Origin: Adineta vaga
Lineage: Eukaryota > Animalia > Rotifera
NCBI GenBank assembly: GCA_021613535.1
Contig: CP075495.1
Span: 10,540,001-10,604,000, forward strand
Direction of reading: 5' to 3'
DNA length: 64,000 nucleotides
Shown here: positions 26,856 to 40,077 of the stretch, in pieces
Numbering within the stretch: the stretch's first letter is position 1
Layout of the letters: each line of letters opens with the position of its first letter
Notes under the pieces: model-generated
Databases searched by the model: none
Told to the model about the DNA's origin: nothing
What the model saw: only the letters and a program-made list of their open reading frames with translations
Program-made: the position numbers and the translations under genes

Positions 26856-27477
26856 ATGCATCACTTGGAAGAAACTTCTCTAAATCATAATAGAAGTAAT
26901 GAAGATTTGCATAGATCTGTTGGTACAGCTAAGATAATTGAACGAGCAATGAAAGTTAATAAATTAAGTGAAATGATTGATTGTATCAGAGACATGAAAT
27001 CTTATGCAAATACAATCGAAAAAGATTTACCTAATTTTTCAAATACAAAACACGCAAATAGACAAATAGAAACCAATATTAAACAATTAAAGACGGATGA
27101 TTTTCTTCACTTAGCAAAACAACGTTTACATAATAATTCCTATATTCTTCTGAGTGATTTGATAGAAACGAAAAATGTAAGTATCTTCCATATATGAATA
27201 TTAGAATCTTTATTTTTATTCGTAGAAATCAAGTGAACATCAACAGTCACCAAAATCAACAATAAAAAATCATGAAAAATCTTTATTAGAAAAACAAGTC
27301 ACTTATATGAAAGATGTGATAGCTACACAGCCATCAGCTCTTGAAGGAATTTATCTTGAAGCATTACTCGATCCCGATCAATGGCAATCCAATCATCAAC
27401 TTCTTCGAACATCTCCTATGGATACGTTAACACCAAAGGAACGAAAACGTTTGAATAAAATTCTGTATAAAACGTAA
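26856..27477 (+). CDS. Hypothetical protein, 2 exons (26856-27176, 27226-27477)
   Basis: Phase-0 GTAAGT...TAG intron joins two open frames, ending ...LTPKERKRLNKILYKT*. Confidence 0.6.
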
Positions 27478-30400
27478 ATGAAAAACCTTTTTCATCAGTA
27501 TTCTTACTGATTCAGAGAAACAAAAAGAGAGAAAGAGAAGAGAGAGAGAGAGTTGATTAGCTTTATTCTTCTTTTTATTCATGCCGTGTTCAATGCATTT
27601 CCTGTCATTTTGAACTCGTGTAGAGTTTTTCTCTTTTTTTTTGTGAATATGAATATCTTCGAGGTAGGAAACGTCTTCCGGTGATGAGCAGACAAAACCA
27701 CAGTACGTGTAATCATTTCCTCAAGATGAAAACTCGATATTCAATGTATTTCATTATAAATCAAGCAGAAAGACATAATAATCAAAAGCTAAACAAACTT
27801 ATTATTCGTATCAAGCAAAAATGAGTGAAGAGATTGTCCATGACTCCCTACTGATGAACAACATATAAATACACTCATAACGATTATACATATATATGAT
27901 GCGATTGCAAGGGATTAGAAGAAAACAATTGTCATCGAACAAGATTTTCTTTTGTTATTCATGAATTTGTCAATATACACATACATAGATTTAAGAAAAA
28001 ACACATGTTCAGCTGTTCCCTCATCTTTGAGAGCTAATTATAAATAGCAATAGTGCGCATAGACAAACTAAATTAGGATATTTTTTCTTTATCCTGCTGA
28101 CTACTTTTGTCGGACTGACATTTCTTTCTTTCTTTTACAATTGATAGACTTTTTTTACATGCTCAGTAGTCGTTGTTATTATTTGTCTCATCTCTTTCTA
28201 TCTGACATACTTCCAAGAGTGCTGAATAATGAACTTAGTAAGCAATAGAAATATACGTATATATACATATATACATACAAAGAAATGACGAATGAGAAAA
28301 TAGCCGTCGCATGAGTATGTTAATCGATTGCATAAGTTTCATGCTGAGTTTTTTGTCGACTTTTTTTTGTTTCTATTTCTTCTCCTATTTCAACGGTTAT
28401 AAATAGAAGAAAATGAATTGTCATCTAATGAACATCTCTGAATGTGTGATCTTCGAAAATTACATCTATATTTCACACTTGAAGTCGAGAAGTGAAAACG
28501 ACTCATCACCTTGTCACTAATCTTAGTCAGAAAAGAAAAACCAATATATCGATCGATTTTCATTATAAAGAATTTTATTAATACAATGATGATTGTATTC
28601 TGCCACTCCAATGATCAAACGAAAAATGTGAAGGTGTGAAATAATCATGAACTTTGTTTTTTTGTTGAAAACTAATTTTCAGATTTCTTGATTTGTTCTT
28701 TTCCATTATCGAAAAATCAGTCGACGATTTTGATGTTTAACGAGCGGCACCGATCATTATCGCAGAAAGAAAATGAATGATTATCCCTTATTACATACAT
28801 TTTATTGCGGCATCGTTGACACTTGGGTGATGGGTGAAGGCATTTTCATCATTTCTACGTTTTTCTTCTCTGTTTCAAAGAAAAGGTGTCAGAAAAAGAC
28901 CACTTTATCTCTCTGCCTCTCTCTCTCTCTCTCGCCTTGTTTTTTCTCGATAAGTTTTTTTTCTCATAAATGCTTGTTGAGAGTGTGTATAAGTTCTTTG
29001 ATCTGACAGACAGCAGTAGATCTTCTGCGAAGAAGTGTTTGTTCACATCGTGCCACTTATTTTTTGTTGTAATGCTATCTATATGCACAGTAGGTATAGT
29101 CTAATTTATAATGCAGAACAAATTTCTTTCGAAAATAAAACCGTGGTTTATTAGTTAGAATTTCTTTTCTCTACTTGCTCGAATGACAATTCGATGTTAA
29201 AGACAATTTTATTCATTGTCTGTCAATGCCATTCTCACTTTATTTCATCTAATTGTGTGAAAAAGATGTCTTGTTCAGATAGATGATGAATGTAAGAGTG
29301 GGATTGTCTGATGAATTCCGATTCTAAAATGTGTTGATGATAGAAAGGAAGAAAGAAAAAGAAATGATAATGTCTCCGTTTATACGCAAATCAGACAGTT
29401 TTCTGTTTTCTTTTGACACCCCCTACTAGCAGCATGATTCAGTATATATATATATACATACGAAACGATGATCGTCTCGTTCCAGTAATTATATGTTAGT
29501 GAAGGGGAAATCTGTGGGCGGAGTTATGTTTATTTTAAAAAGTTCGATGCCAAATAAGATGAACAATATTTATTCTTCTGAACGATCGAACGGATTAAAA
29601 AAATCTGTTTCGAATCGTGAAATGAAAATAAAATCGGATGGTATTACGTCTTTTCATATTCCCAACGGACGACTAAAATAATATACATCGACACTTGCTT
29701 TGCACAGATGAGGATGATGATGATGATGATGACTAACATTTCGTTATCTATATTTTTTTTGTAAAGTGCACAACATGACTGATAAAAAGTTTAGATTGAT
29801 CTGTTTTTCTTTTGATGAACATCGAATAGCACACTTGATAAGTATGTGTACAATTAACAATTGGATGAAAAACACACAATAAATTATAGTTAATGTGATG
29901 TAATGGGAAGACATTATTGTTATTATTATATGAATGGAATGAAATTCGAGAGAATGTCTGTTGATGATCAGATGTTTTAAATAAGAAAAAGGTGGAATTG
30001 AAAGGAATTCTTCTACAAAATTCTAGTCAATGTAATGCAATTGATATTTCTCAGCATGAATTTAATTTGTTCATTTTGGCTTTCACTTGTCATTTAAAAC
30101 ATCTGGAGCGAAACAGATCGAATTCATGTAGAATATATAGCATCAAATAGAAAATGAACTCATTCATTCACTACTAGATGATGAACGTAACGAAAAAGAC
30201 AAGGTGTAATAGTTCCTTGTTCAACTTTTCCGGCTCATCGATTATGATCAAACAACAAGAAGAGATCATCATTCAAAGTTGAGATCAAGGTTGACGATGC
30301 AACAAGATCAAACAATTCAATTCGATAGACATGAATGTTCATGACCAACAAGTGGACAATTGGGAAATACATCGAGTCACTAACAAGAAAGAGAAGAACA

Positions 30401-31332
30401 AGTCCTTATAAAGAAGACAATCTATGATTAAACTGATTTCAAATGAACAATTTCAAACATAGAACAAAATGATCTATTTGTGAATGTAAAAGTTTTATTC
30501 TTGAAAGTTTTCGATTGCTTACAAACAAATTTCTAAGGATCCATTTATCTCTGTTTTTTTTCTATTGGTCGATTTATCTATTTGAAGAAAAAAACATTCT
30601 ATTGGTTAAATCAATAGAAGAAAAACTGAAGAACATCACAGCATGTATGCTCCAATCAGTATTCTGTCGTTATTTTTCTCGCCCTTTTCTAACGATCTTT
30701 TTCTTCTGTAACAAGGAGAAAAATCGCACGGCTGGAGACGACACAGACATTTCCTTTTTCGTATCTTTCTCTACTCGTTAAAAGTAATACAACTAGACTT
30801 TCTTCAGTACACCTCAGGAGTTCTTTTCTTATCATAGTTTCCGTATAATATAAAACAGACATCGAAGAGAGCACAAATAAACAAGAAAGAAAAAAAAAGA
30901 AATATTACAATATTTTTCTCTCTTTTCTCCTATTGGAAGATTTATTTCTCTTCTTCTCTTTCTCTCTCTCACTCACTCTCTCTCATTTTCTCTCATTTTT
31001 TTCCTTAACAACGACGACAAAAAAATTCTACTACACTGCTGTGTCTGTGTCTGTGCCTGATAGGTTGCCTACTGGAGTCATTATTGCAGTATCAATAGCT
31101 AGATCCTGGTGAGCTTATAGGCACCGTACGACGCACACCTCTCCCTTCAAGTTCTCAATCCTGTGGAGCATCGCAAAAAAACCGACAAGTGCCAACCCCT
31201 ATCGAGTTTGTTGACAACAAAAAAACGACAAATCGCACAGTAAGTCGTTCACGGCATGAGAGTAATTATTAAATTTATCTGTTTAAAACTTTTTAAAAAA
31301 AAAAAGTAGTCATCAATTGATTAATCGTCTTC

Positions 31333-33220
31333 ATGTTTGATCCAACAAGTCCATCAGCAGAACGGAATGGTGGTATAGGAGAAAGTACAAATAATACAAC
31401 AGCATCATCATATCCAAGTCCATATGCGCCAGTTTCGTATCGACCATTGACATCAACTCCTTCATCGTCCTCTATTTTCAATGTACCCGGTTCAACATCA
31501 TTGAATTCTCTAGATGATCAACAGCAACAACAACAACAACAACGTCGAACAGATTTTTCATCCTATTCGGGTACATCACCAACATTTTCAACTGCACAAG
31601 ATCCATTAGCAGCTTCGAGTTTTATGTGAGTTCAATGTTTCCTATTGCTTCTCAATTTCTACATATAAATTTGTACAGGACATATCCTATGTTCGATCCG
31701 GAACAGTATGCCAATACACAATATTATTCACGTTATGTGACAGCTGGTTCACATATTGATCCGGCGACACAAACAGCATTTTTACCTTATTTTCATCCAT
31801 CATATCGACAAGGACTTGGTACAACATGTAATGTTACTAATATTCCAAATGGTAAAAATGACACCTATGTATGTAAATGGATTGATCCTGATACACATCG
31901 AATATGTAATCGTACATTTGGCTATATGCATGAGATTGGTAAGTTAAATACATACATCCAATCATAGTATTTTTAATGAAAAGAAAGAAAGAAAGAAAGA
32001 AGAAAAAGAAAAACGTCGGAAATGAGACATCCTGTGGTGCTACTGAAATAATGACGAGGTTAAACAGATGACAAAAATGTGTGTGTATATATATGTTCTG
32101 TTCACTATATATAAATGAAGCTTGTTAGTAAAGACATAATAATCATGGCATTTTGTCCCTCGATTTTCTTCTTTTAGTCACTCATCTTACTGTTGAACAT
32201 GTGGGCGGACCTGAACAATCAACACACACATGTTTATGGCTTGATTGTCCAAGACATGGTCGTGCATTTAAAGCAAAATATAAATTGGTCAATCATATTC
32301 GTGTGCACACCGGTGAAAAACCATTTCCTTGTCCGTTTCCACGTTGTGGAAAAGTATTTGCACGATCAGAAAATTTAAAAATTCATAAACGAACACATAC
32401 CGGGTTTGTTGAAAAGCTTATTTGTTTAGTAAGATAAAAACAAATGACTATTTTTCTGTCTTTTAGAGAACGACCATTTAAATGTCAATTTTGTGAACGA
32501 AGTTTTGCTAATAGTTCCGATCGAAAAAAACATCAACATGTTCATACATCCGATAAACCATATAATTGTCGTGTTAGTGGATGCGATAAAACTTATACTC
32601 ATCCATCATGTAAGATAATTTCTATTTAGTTTAGAATAGAAAATAAAAAGATTTTCATTTGATCTTATTTAGCTTTACGTAAACATATGAAAATGCATGA
32701 ATCTCAAGGTCAAGATTCTACGTCTTCAACAGCAACTAATTCATCATCCGGATCTATCAATGATTCATGTTTAAAACGAAATAATCTGCATCGACGTACA
32801 TGTGAAAATGAACGATCACCATCACCATCATCACGAATGCATCATCATTCCCAACGACGTCGTCGTTCATCTCGAGACAGTATGAATACACATCTTCATC
32901 AGCAGCAACAGCAACAACAACAACATCATCAACAACAGCAACAATTACTTCAACCAAATCATTCATCAATGAATACAACAACAACTACAGATAGTTGCTC
33001 TGAATCACCACCATCATTTGAAAATTTAACGCCAATGAAAGCCGCTTTAGCACGTATGCATCACCCTCAACAACCGACACCTCAGCCAGCTTCATCAACA
33101 GATTGGCCATTACATATGCATCCGATGAGTGCATATCATCATCCACACGTTTATCATTCTCATCATGCTGCTGCTTTACAACAACATTATTATCATCGAC
33201 AAACTGGACTTAATTTTTGA
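31333..33220 (+). CDS. ZIC: Zic/odd-paired C2H2 zinc-finger transcription factor, 5 exons
   Basis: ZF-NC-like [89 protein letters not shown]. Confidence 0.97.
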
Positions 33221-34579
33221 CTAAATTTTTCTGAATATTCTATATATTTGTGTGCGTGTGTGTGTGTGTGTCGCATTACTTGAACTTTTTTTCTTTTTTT
33301 GTTCGTTTGCTTTCATTTCAAAACACGTATTTTTTGCTTGTTATTACACAAAACGTTTTACGATATTAGAAAGAAACAAGAAACATTTGAATCTTTTCGA
33401 AATTATTTCATTCAATCGAGATATAGAGACAAGTGGAAGCGATTATCAATCGGTTCATTTGACACTAAGACGTTCGTTCATATAAATCAACACTCTAATA
33501 ACATGATGAGCTTAACATTGAATGTCTCCACCCTCAATCATACACATACCATCAACGACGATGCTAACAACATATTGTTGTTCGTTATTTCTGTTTTTTT
33601 TTCATTCCAATTGAATGAATAGAATACAACACATCCATCTCACGTTAATAATTACTTTCTTCATTCGATTTTCTATTTTATTCGATGCGAACGGATCAAA
33701 CATACAATCGTATATTGAAATAAAACTTTCTTCTTATCGGTAGCAAAAGACCTCCTAGTGCGCATTTTCTTCTTCTTTCCTCTCTCTCTCTCTTCGCACC
33801 TATTGATTTTCGTATATATACATTGAATCTATTGTTCTTCGAACTAATCGTAGTGGGGGAGCTGTGTCTGTACAGTTGGCCGTTCAATTACTGAACATTG
33901 GCATAGAATAGGAGAAGAACACACGAATGTCTGATGTCATCCTTGACTAAATTGTATAGATGTCTTCATTTCTATGTAATCAATTTTTCAATTGTCTACT
34001 TATATATCATCTATTTTCGTTTCGAGAGAGTGGAATGTCATCGTTTATCGATAGCTAGAAGGAAGATGATCATCATGATTTTCCACTGCAGGATGCGCTA
34101 ATTGTTCAATTTGTCTGTCTATCTGTACATATGTGTGTGTGAGAAAAGCTCTTCACAAACACTAGGTGGTGACAAAACTCAAATTAGAACCTCATTTACG
34201 CTCGAAAAAGGAAAAAAGACGAAAAAGAATTTTTCTCTATTTTCAACAATCAATCAATACAATGCTTAACAGATGCCTTCTTACCTGTCGCAAAGAAGAA
34301 ACAAACATACTTTTCACACCTACTTCTTCAATGATAAAAGACCCCATATGTATCACAAATGAAATAAGTTTCTTTTTGTTTAATTTTCATTCCTTCTTTT
34401 TTTTATTCAAATGAAATATACAATAGGAGATACAATGTTATTGAGATTCGTTTTGAAATAAATACAGACAAACAACAGGCAATAAACACAAATAGATGAG
34501 AGATAATAAGGATGACCATTCCATTATTGACTATGGACATCTGACCCAAATAATAAACAAGATGAATGACTATTTAAAT

Positions 34580-35254
34580 TCAATTCTTTCCTCGATGATT
34601 AAATACAATTATAACTAAAATTATTTTAGAAAAAAAAGAACCAATCGAATCTCTCAAATTTCATTAATTCAATTGACTTACTAATGATGAATAAAATAAC
34701 TCCAACAACAATACCCGCAATACAAATATTTGTCTAGAAGGAAAAAAGAAACAAAATATTCATTAGACAGAAAAATAAACTCGATATCTTTACTCGAGTA
34801 TTTTTCCACCAATATTTTCGTCGTAATTGTTTTGTTGTTTGATTATATGTTGATGCTGATGATTCTAAATCATCAGCACGTGTCATGAGATTGCTCAAAG
34901 CCACATCACGATCTAATAATCGATCGATATTTTTCTTCATTACACCAACAACTTCTTGAACTTGACCATGAAGTCTACAGAATTACGAAAAGAAATCAGT
35001 TAAAAGATAGTTAAATAAATCCATTATACTTTTTCACACTTCCACCTGCTGTTGATCGTGAAATATCACTAGATAAAAAAAGATAAATATTAAAAATAAA
35101 CACAAAATTCATTTACTTACGAATCAATTTGAATATCGAGTGCTTCATCATCATCATCTCGAATAGATGACTAGAAGTAAAAGTTTTGACGAGAAATTTA
35201 TTATTAGAATCAACTTACATAAGTTTGAGGACGTGTATAACCAGCAGTAGCCAT
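34580..35254 (-). CDS. Synaptobrevin/VAMP-family R-SNARE (VAMP4-like acidic N-terminus), 6 short exons
   Basis: QVQEVVGVMKKNIDRLLDRDVALSNL (R layer), LRRKYWWKN, C-terminal TM, DDDDE cluster. Confidence 0.88.
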
Positions 35255-35403
35255 TCGTAATTAAAAAAGAGAATCTATGAAAGGAAATTCATAATCTAGA
35301 AAACGAAATCAATATCATAAAAAATGCAAACTTAAAGAAAAAGAAAGAACGTGAAAGAGACAACATCACAAAGTCTAGTTTTTGTTTTTTGAAATTCAAT
35401 AGT

Positions 35404-36411
35404 TTAGAAACCTGGCATGCCAGCATCATCACCACCACCACCACCAGTATTCATTTTTTCACGTGATTCAGTCCAAGCTTTAGCAATTGTTCGTTTCATT
35501 TCATCATCACCTGTTTCATACATATTCTTCATCATTTGCATCAATGAATCACCTGGATCTTTGCCTTCATCCATTTTTGGTAATGATCTATCGAAATAAT
35601 TTTGAAATTATTCAATTCAATCAACTTGCTTACTTTTCCGGTGCTTTCTTTTCATCCTGATAGATACATTCCCAAGTTTTAGAATCGGCTTTTGCTAACA
35701 TTACCAGGATCATATCTTTTTTTACCTGAGAATAAAGTTTCAAATTTAACATAGACAACAAATCATTCGTTCTAATTACTTTGTAAGATGATTGATCAGG
35801 TTTTATTTCATGTAATAGACGACCTCGTTTGAAAACATAATTGATATTTTTTAAACCATTAATTTCTAATAGAAAACCACTGAAACAAGAAAAAAACAGA
35901 GATCATTCATGAAATATTTCAATAATCTTTACCGTTCTTGAAATGAACAACGAATTTGTTCAGCTGGTAAATCACTTATACCATCCAAATTTTGAACATA
36001 AATTTTCACAAATTTATCCGATTGATCCCAAGCTAAAAAGAAAAAGAAAAAGAAAACTATTTTCTAATCCAAAGCAATCTTTATTACCATAAAGTGAGAT
36101 TTCTTTCGTATATGATCGAACTGTTGATGAAGATGAAACCGTTGTTGTTGCTGTTGTTGGCTTTTTTTCTGTTGATGATGATGCGTTTGTTTGTTCGTTT
36201 TTCTCTTTAAGTGTAATCAATTCAGTTTCAAATCGACGTTGTTGAATTTCGAGAGATTGCTTTACTCGTGAACGAGTAGCTTGACCAAGTAATTGTTTAA
36301 TCTCATTAATATCCGAAGTAATCTGAAATAATAATCACACATATGTAAATTCAAATACAATAATATTTAGTTATTATTTACCTCTTGCATTTGCTGTTCA
36401 AGATTCGTCAT
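35404..36411 (-). CDS. CACYBP: Calcyclin-binding protein / Siah-interacting protein
   Basis: ATRSRVK N-terminal domain, YAWDQSDKFVKIYV CS domain, and DPGDSLMQMMKNMYETGDDEMKRTIAKAWTESREK SGS domain. Confidence 0.95.
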
Positions 36412-36469
36412 TCTCGTTGATAAATAGATCTATCTAGAATAAAATTCTCATGATTAAATTATTAAAATA

Positions 36470-37000
36470 TTACAGTAATTTTTGTTCGAATGCTTCTTTA
36501 ATTACAGAAATGACTCGTCGATTCAACTGTCTATTCTTTCCAGTATGATCTTGAGCTATAGAAGTTTTATCTATATTTGCCCAAGATTTTTTTCCTCGAA
36601 ATTGTTTCAATGGAAACAATTTTATCGAAGTTGTTTCACGATATTCATCATTATCGGGTAATTCTGTCAAATTAAAGTTTTCAAATCGTGTACATATATC
36701 ATTCTCACATGCAGTTTTGTATATATAACAACGGAAGATTTCATCATGAAATTCCAAGTCAATATAGGGACAAGATGTCAAATAATCAAGATCACAGGAG
36801 AAAAGAGTACGGGTTTCTTCATGCAATTCTTCTTTCGCAGTTTTTTCTAAACGTTGTGGATCATCAATATCATATTTGAGAAAGCCACCACAACAATTAT
36901 AATTTTGTGTATAATCGTAAACTAAAAGTACGGACGAACGGTTTGTATCAACAATGAGTACACCTGATCCTGAATAATTCCCTTTATTAGATGATGCCAT
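36470..37000 (-). CDS. Nudix hydrolase-like protein with intronless CDS (probable start 37000, directly after a TTTCAG acceptor)
   Basis: GSGVLIV...VLLV...GG...EKTAKEELHEETR is a variant Nudix box; later ETTSIKLFPL. Confidence 0.65.
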   Translation of the reverse strand: MASSNKGNYSGSGVLIVDTNRSSVLLVYDYTQNYNCCGGFLKYDIDDPQRLEKTAKEELHEETRTLFSCDLDYLTSCPYIDLEFHDEIFRCYIYKTACENDICTRFENFNLTELPDNDEYRETTSIKLFPLKQFRGKKSWANIDKTSIAQDHTGKNRQLNRRVISVIKEAFEQKLL

Positions 37001-37248
37001 CTGAAATAGAATTTCACTTCGAGTCTTTCTGCTCATTTGAGGAAAACGACAACATCAAAATGAAAACTGTAAATACTTCCTTAAAAAATTAAAAAAACCT
37101 TATGAAATCTGAAATAAAAAACAACAAATAAATTCATTTCTTTACGAAGTAAAGAAAAAGTGATCTATATGATTATTGTACAAAAGATTCTTAATTAAAC
37201 ATATACAAAAAAAACAAAATTTATCCTAGTCTTTTCCTTTTCTTTCTT

Positions 37249-37958
37249 TCAATAGATATCCGGATTGTACGGAATTAACATATTCAATCGATATGGATCA
37301 CAATAACAACGAATTATTAATGTTGCTGGATTTGCGTCAGCACTAAAAGAAAATAATTATCAAAAGAATAATTTTTGCATACGAAAAACAACAAGACAAT
37401 AAACATACTCGCATATATTATTATAATGTTTTGGAATTACTACTGCAGGAGATTTCTTTGTCATCTCATCCGTGTGTTGTATATCATTATTCGTCGAAGC
37501 TGAATCTTCACAAATCATCATCTCATCTGTGTCAGCAATGTTGTCAGTGGCCGATGAACATCGATCTGTTTCCATTGATTTAAGTTTTTTTGTATTGCAA
37601 TTTGTTGAAATCTAAATGATAAAAAGAAACTTTTCTTAGATTTCGTTAGAATTGATTTCAAAAGAACACTACGTAATCAGCATTCATCATCATCATAATT
37701 CTTTTCAATATGTTGAAGTCTATTCGATGAATGAAGACAAATACGACAAGGAGTTTTCAAGCAAATGATGTGTTGTCACAACAGAATACGTGAAGAATGA
37801 GATAGAGAGAGAAAGACATTCCTTCCACTATAAAAAATAAATTTTCATACCTCATTGGTAATAGATGAAAATCGAACAGAGGGAGGATACACCTCATCAT
37901 CTGAAAGAAATTTTCGTTTGTTGTTAAGAAAAATTTCACTAGTGGCTGTTGTTGTCAT
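37249..37958 (-). CDS. Small hypothetical protein, about 3 exons, exon structure uncertain
   Basis: MTTTATSEIFLNNKRKFLSDDE / ISTNCNTKKLKSMETDRC... / ADANPATLIIRCYCDPYRLNMLIPYNPDIY*, joined by GT-AG introns; possible bipartite NLS. Confidence 0.5.
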
Positions 37959-38031
37959 GATTAAATCTGCTTAAAAAACTTCCTATCTAGAAATAACAAA
38001 AAAAAACAAGTTTGATAATTTTATTTTTTTC

Positions 38032-40077
38032 TCAAGTTTTTTTTCGTGCAATTTCTTTTTTCAAAGCAGAAACAGCATTTATTGAATTTGACAACGGATT
38101 ATTCCGTTTCATGCGTTTAACATTGCTATGCATCGTATCCATTTTTCTCTTATTATTCATTGATGTTTGTTGTGGTTGTTCGGAATTTGTTGATGACGTT
38201 TTTTTCAATGAACTTGGAATAAGATAATCTGGTACATGTTTTAAATGTTCTTTTACTTTGACAATATGTAATGCAGAATCATGTCGAAGTAATTGTAATT
38301 CTTTTTTATTATCATTAAAATAGGTTTTTAATTTTTTTGAATTGAATATTTCTGCTTTAATTTCTTTTAAACGTGCTTCACGTATTGATATACGAGTTAT
38401 AGCTCGTAAAGCATCTGAAACTCGGTAACGAAAACCATCAACTTGTTCAGATTTAAAACGATAAAGATGAAACATATCTTCACCATATTCATTTTCCAAT
38501 TCACTACGAACAACATCGAAATAGTAGACTTCTTTTTGTGATACTAACGAAAGTGCCAATCCTGAAATTAAAAAGAAAAGAAAAGAAGATAATCATAGTT
38601 ATAAACTATAGTTTATAAGCTATCCTCGAAAACTGACCTAATTTCTATCTACATCAAAATGCTATTCACTTACCTTTCTGATCGACACGTGCTGTTCGTC
38701 CAACTCGATGAACATATGCATCGAAATCCAATGGAAAATCAAAATTGATAATATTCGCTACTCGATAGAAATCAATTCCACGTGAAACACCATATTCTTT
38801 ATCTCCTTTTCGATTAATAACGTCTGTTTTCTTCTTTTTTTCTAAAAACAACAATAAATATAATCTTCATTGATGACAAAATAGTCGATCGGTCATACTT
38901 TTTTTCGATTCTTCTTCTGTTGCTGCTTGATCTTCTCCTTCCATGTCTTGTTGCTCTTCACCATCTTCGGCTGGTACAACATTAGGTGCATCTGTTGCAA
39001 TCATTAGATCATATAATCCATCATTCTGAGAAGAAAAAAGAGTAATGGGTCATACTTATAATGAAAACTTATCATGCAATTTCTTACATATTGTTGAACG
39101 ATATGTAAACGTGAATCCATTGGTAATTCACTATTTAATAAACAAGTTTTTATATGAAATTGTTCCATTAATAATTTCAATCGATATGCTTGTTCAACTG
39201 AATTCACAAATAGAATTGTTCTTCCTACCAACAATTGTAATTTAAATATTGTAATAATTAAAACAAATTTTTGATCTTGTTCACACTGAATATAATATTG
39301 TAATAATTGTTTATTATCCGGTAAAATACTTGAATAATCATCATTTTGATTAATTTTTACAGGATTATGAAGAAATAATTGTTTTAATTGAGTAACATCA
39401 TCATTCAATGTTGCTGATATAAGAAAACATTGATAAGATTTCGATTTTGATGGTAGATATTTCGATAATTTTTTCATATCATTAGCATAACCAAGTGAAT
39501 AGAGTATATCAGCTTCATCTAATATAAATAATTCTAATGTATTTAAATTTAATGGTGATGTATGATCTTTTAAATGTTCTAATAATTTTGTTGGTGTTGA
39601 TATGATTATCTCTGGTAGTGCATTACTATTGGATAATAAAGATTGTTTTTGAATTTGTGTCGATAAAGAATTCGATAAATCATAGAGATTGATTTCTCGA
39701 CGACAATAACTTGTTAATTTCATTAGAACAGAAGCAATCTGATGACATAATTCTTTAGTTGGTGAAAGAATTAATACTCGAACATTGAGATTTGTTGGTT
39801 GTTGTTTAGTTAATAGATGTTGAATAGCTGAGATAGCATAAACACCCGTTTTACCACTACCAGTACGAGCTTTGACAAGAAGATCTTTACCCGCTAATGC
39901 ATATGGAATCGTTTCAGCTTGAATAGGCGTAGGTGAAGGCCATTGTAAATCAGCAATAGATTTTAAAAGACGATTATCAAGACCAAAATCGTAGAATGAA
40001 CGAGTTACAATTTCTTCGCCGCCGTCTTCTTCTTCACCTTCATTGATTAGCTCGGGTTCTGCAAAACGAACAGACAT
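38032..40077 (-). CDS. DDX56: DEAD-box RNA helicase DDX56/Dbp9
   Basis: [62 protein letters not shown] and HVPDYL. Confidence 0.95.

Noticed and set aside
27660-27740. GTGATGA-containing GC-richer patch as a hammerhead ribozyme or C/D snoRNA
   Set aside because: It lacks the CUGAUGA...GAAA core with flanking stems, and I found no convincing D box or terminal stem.
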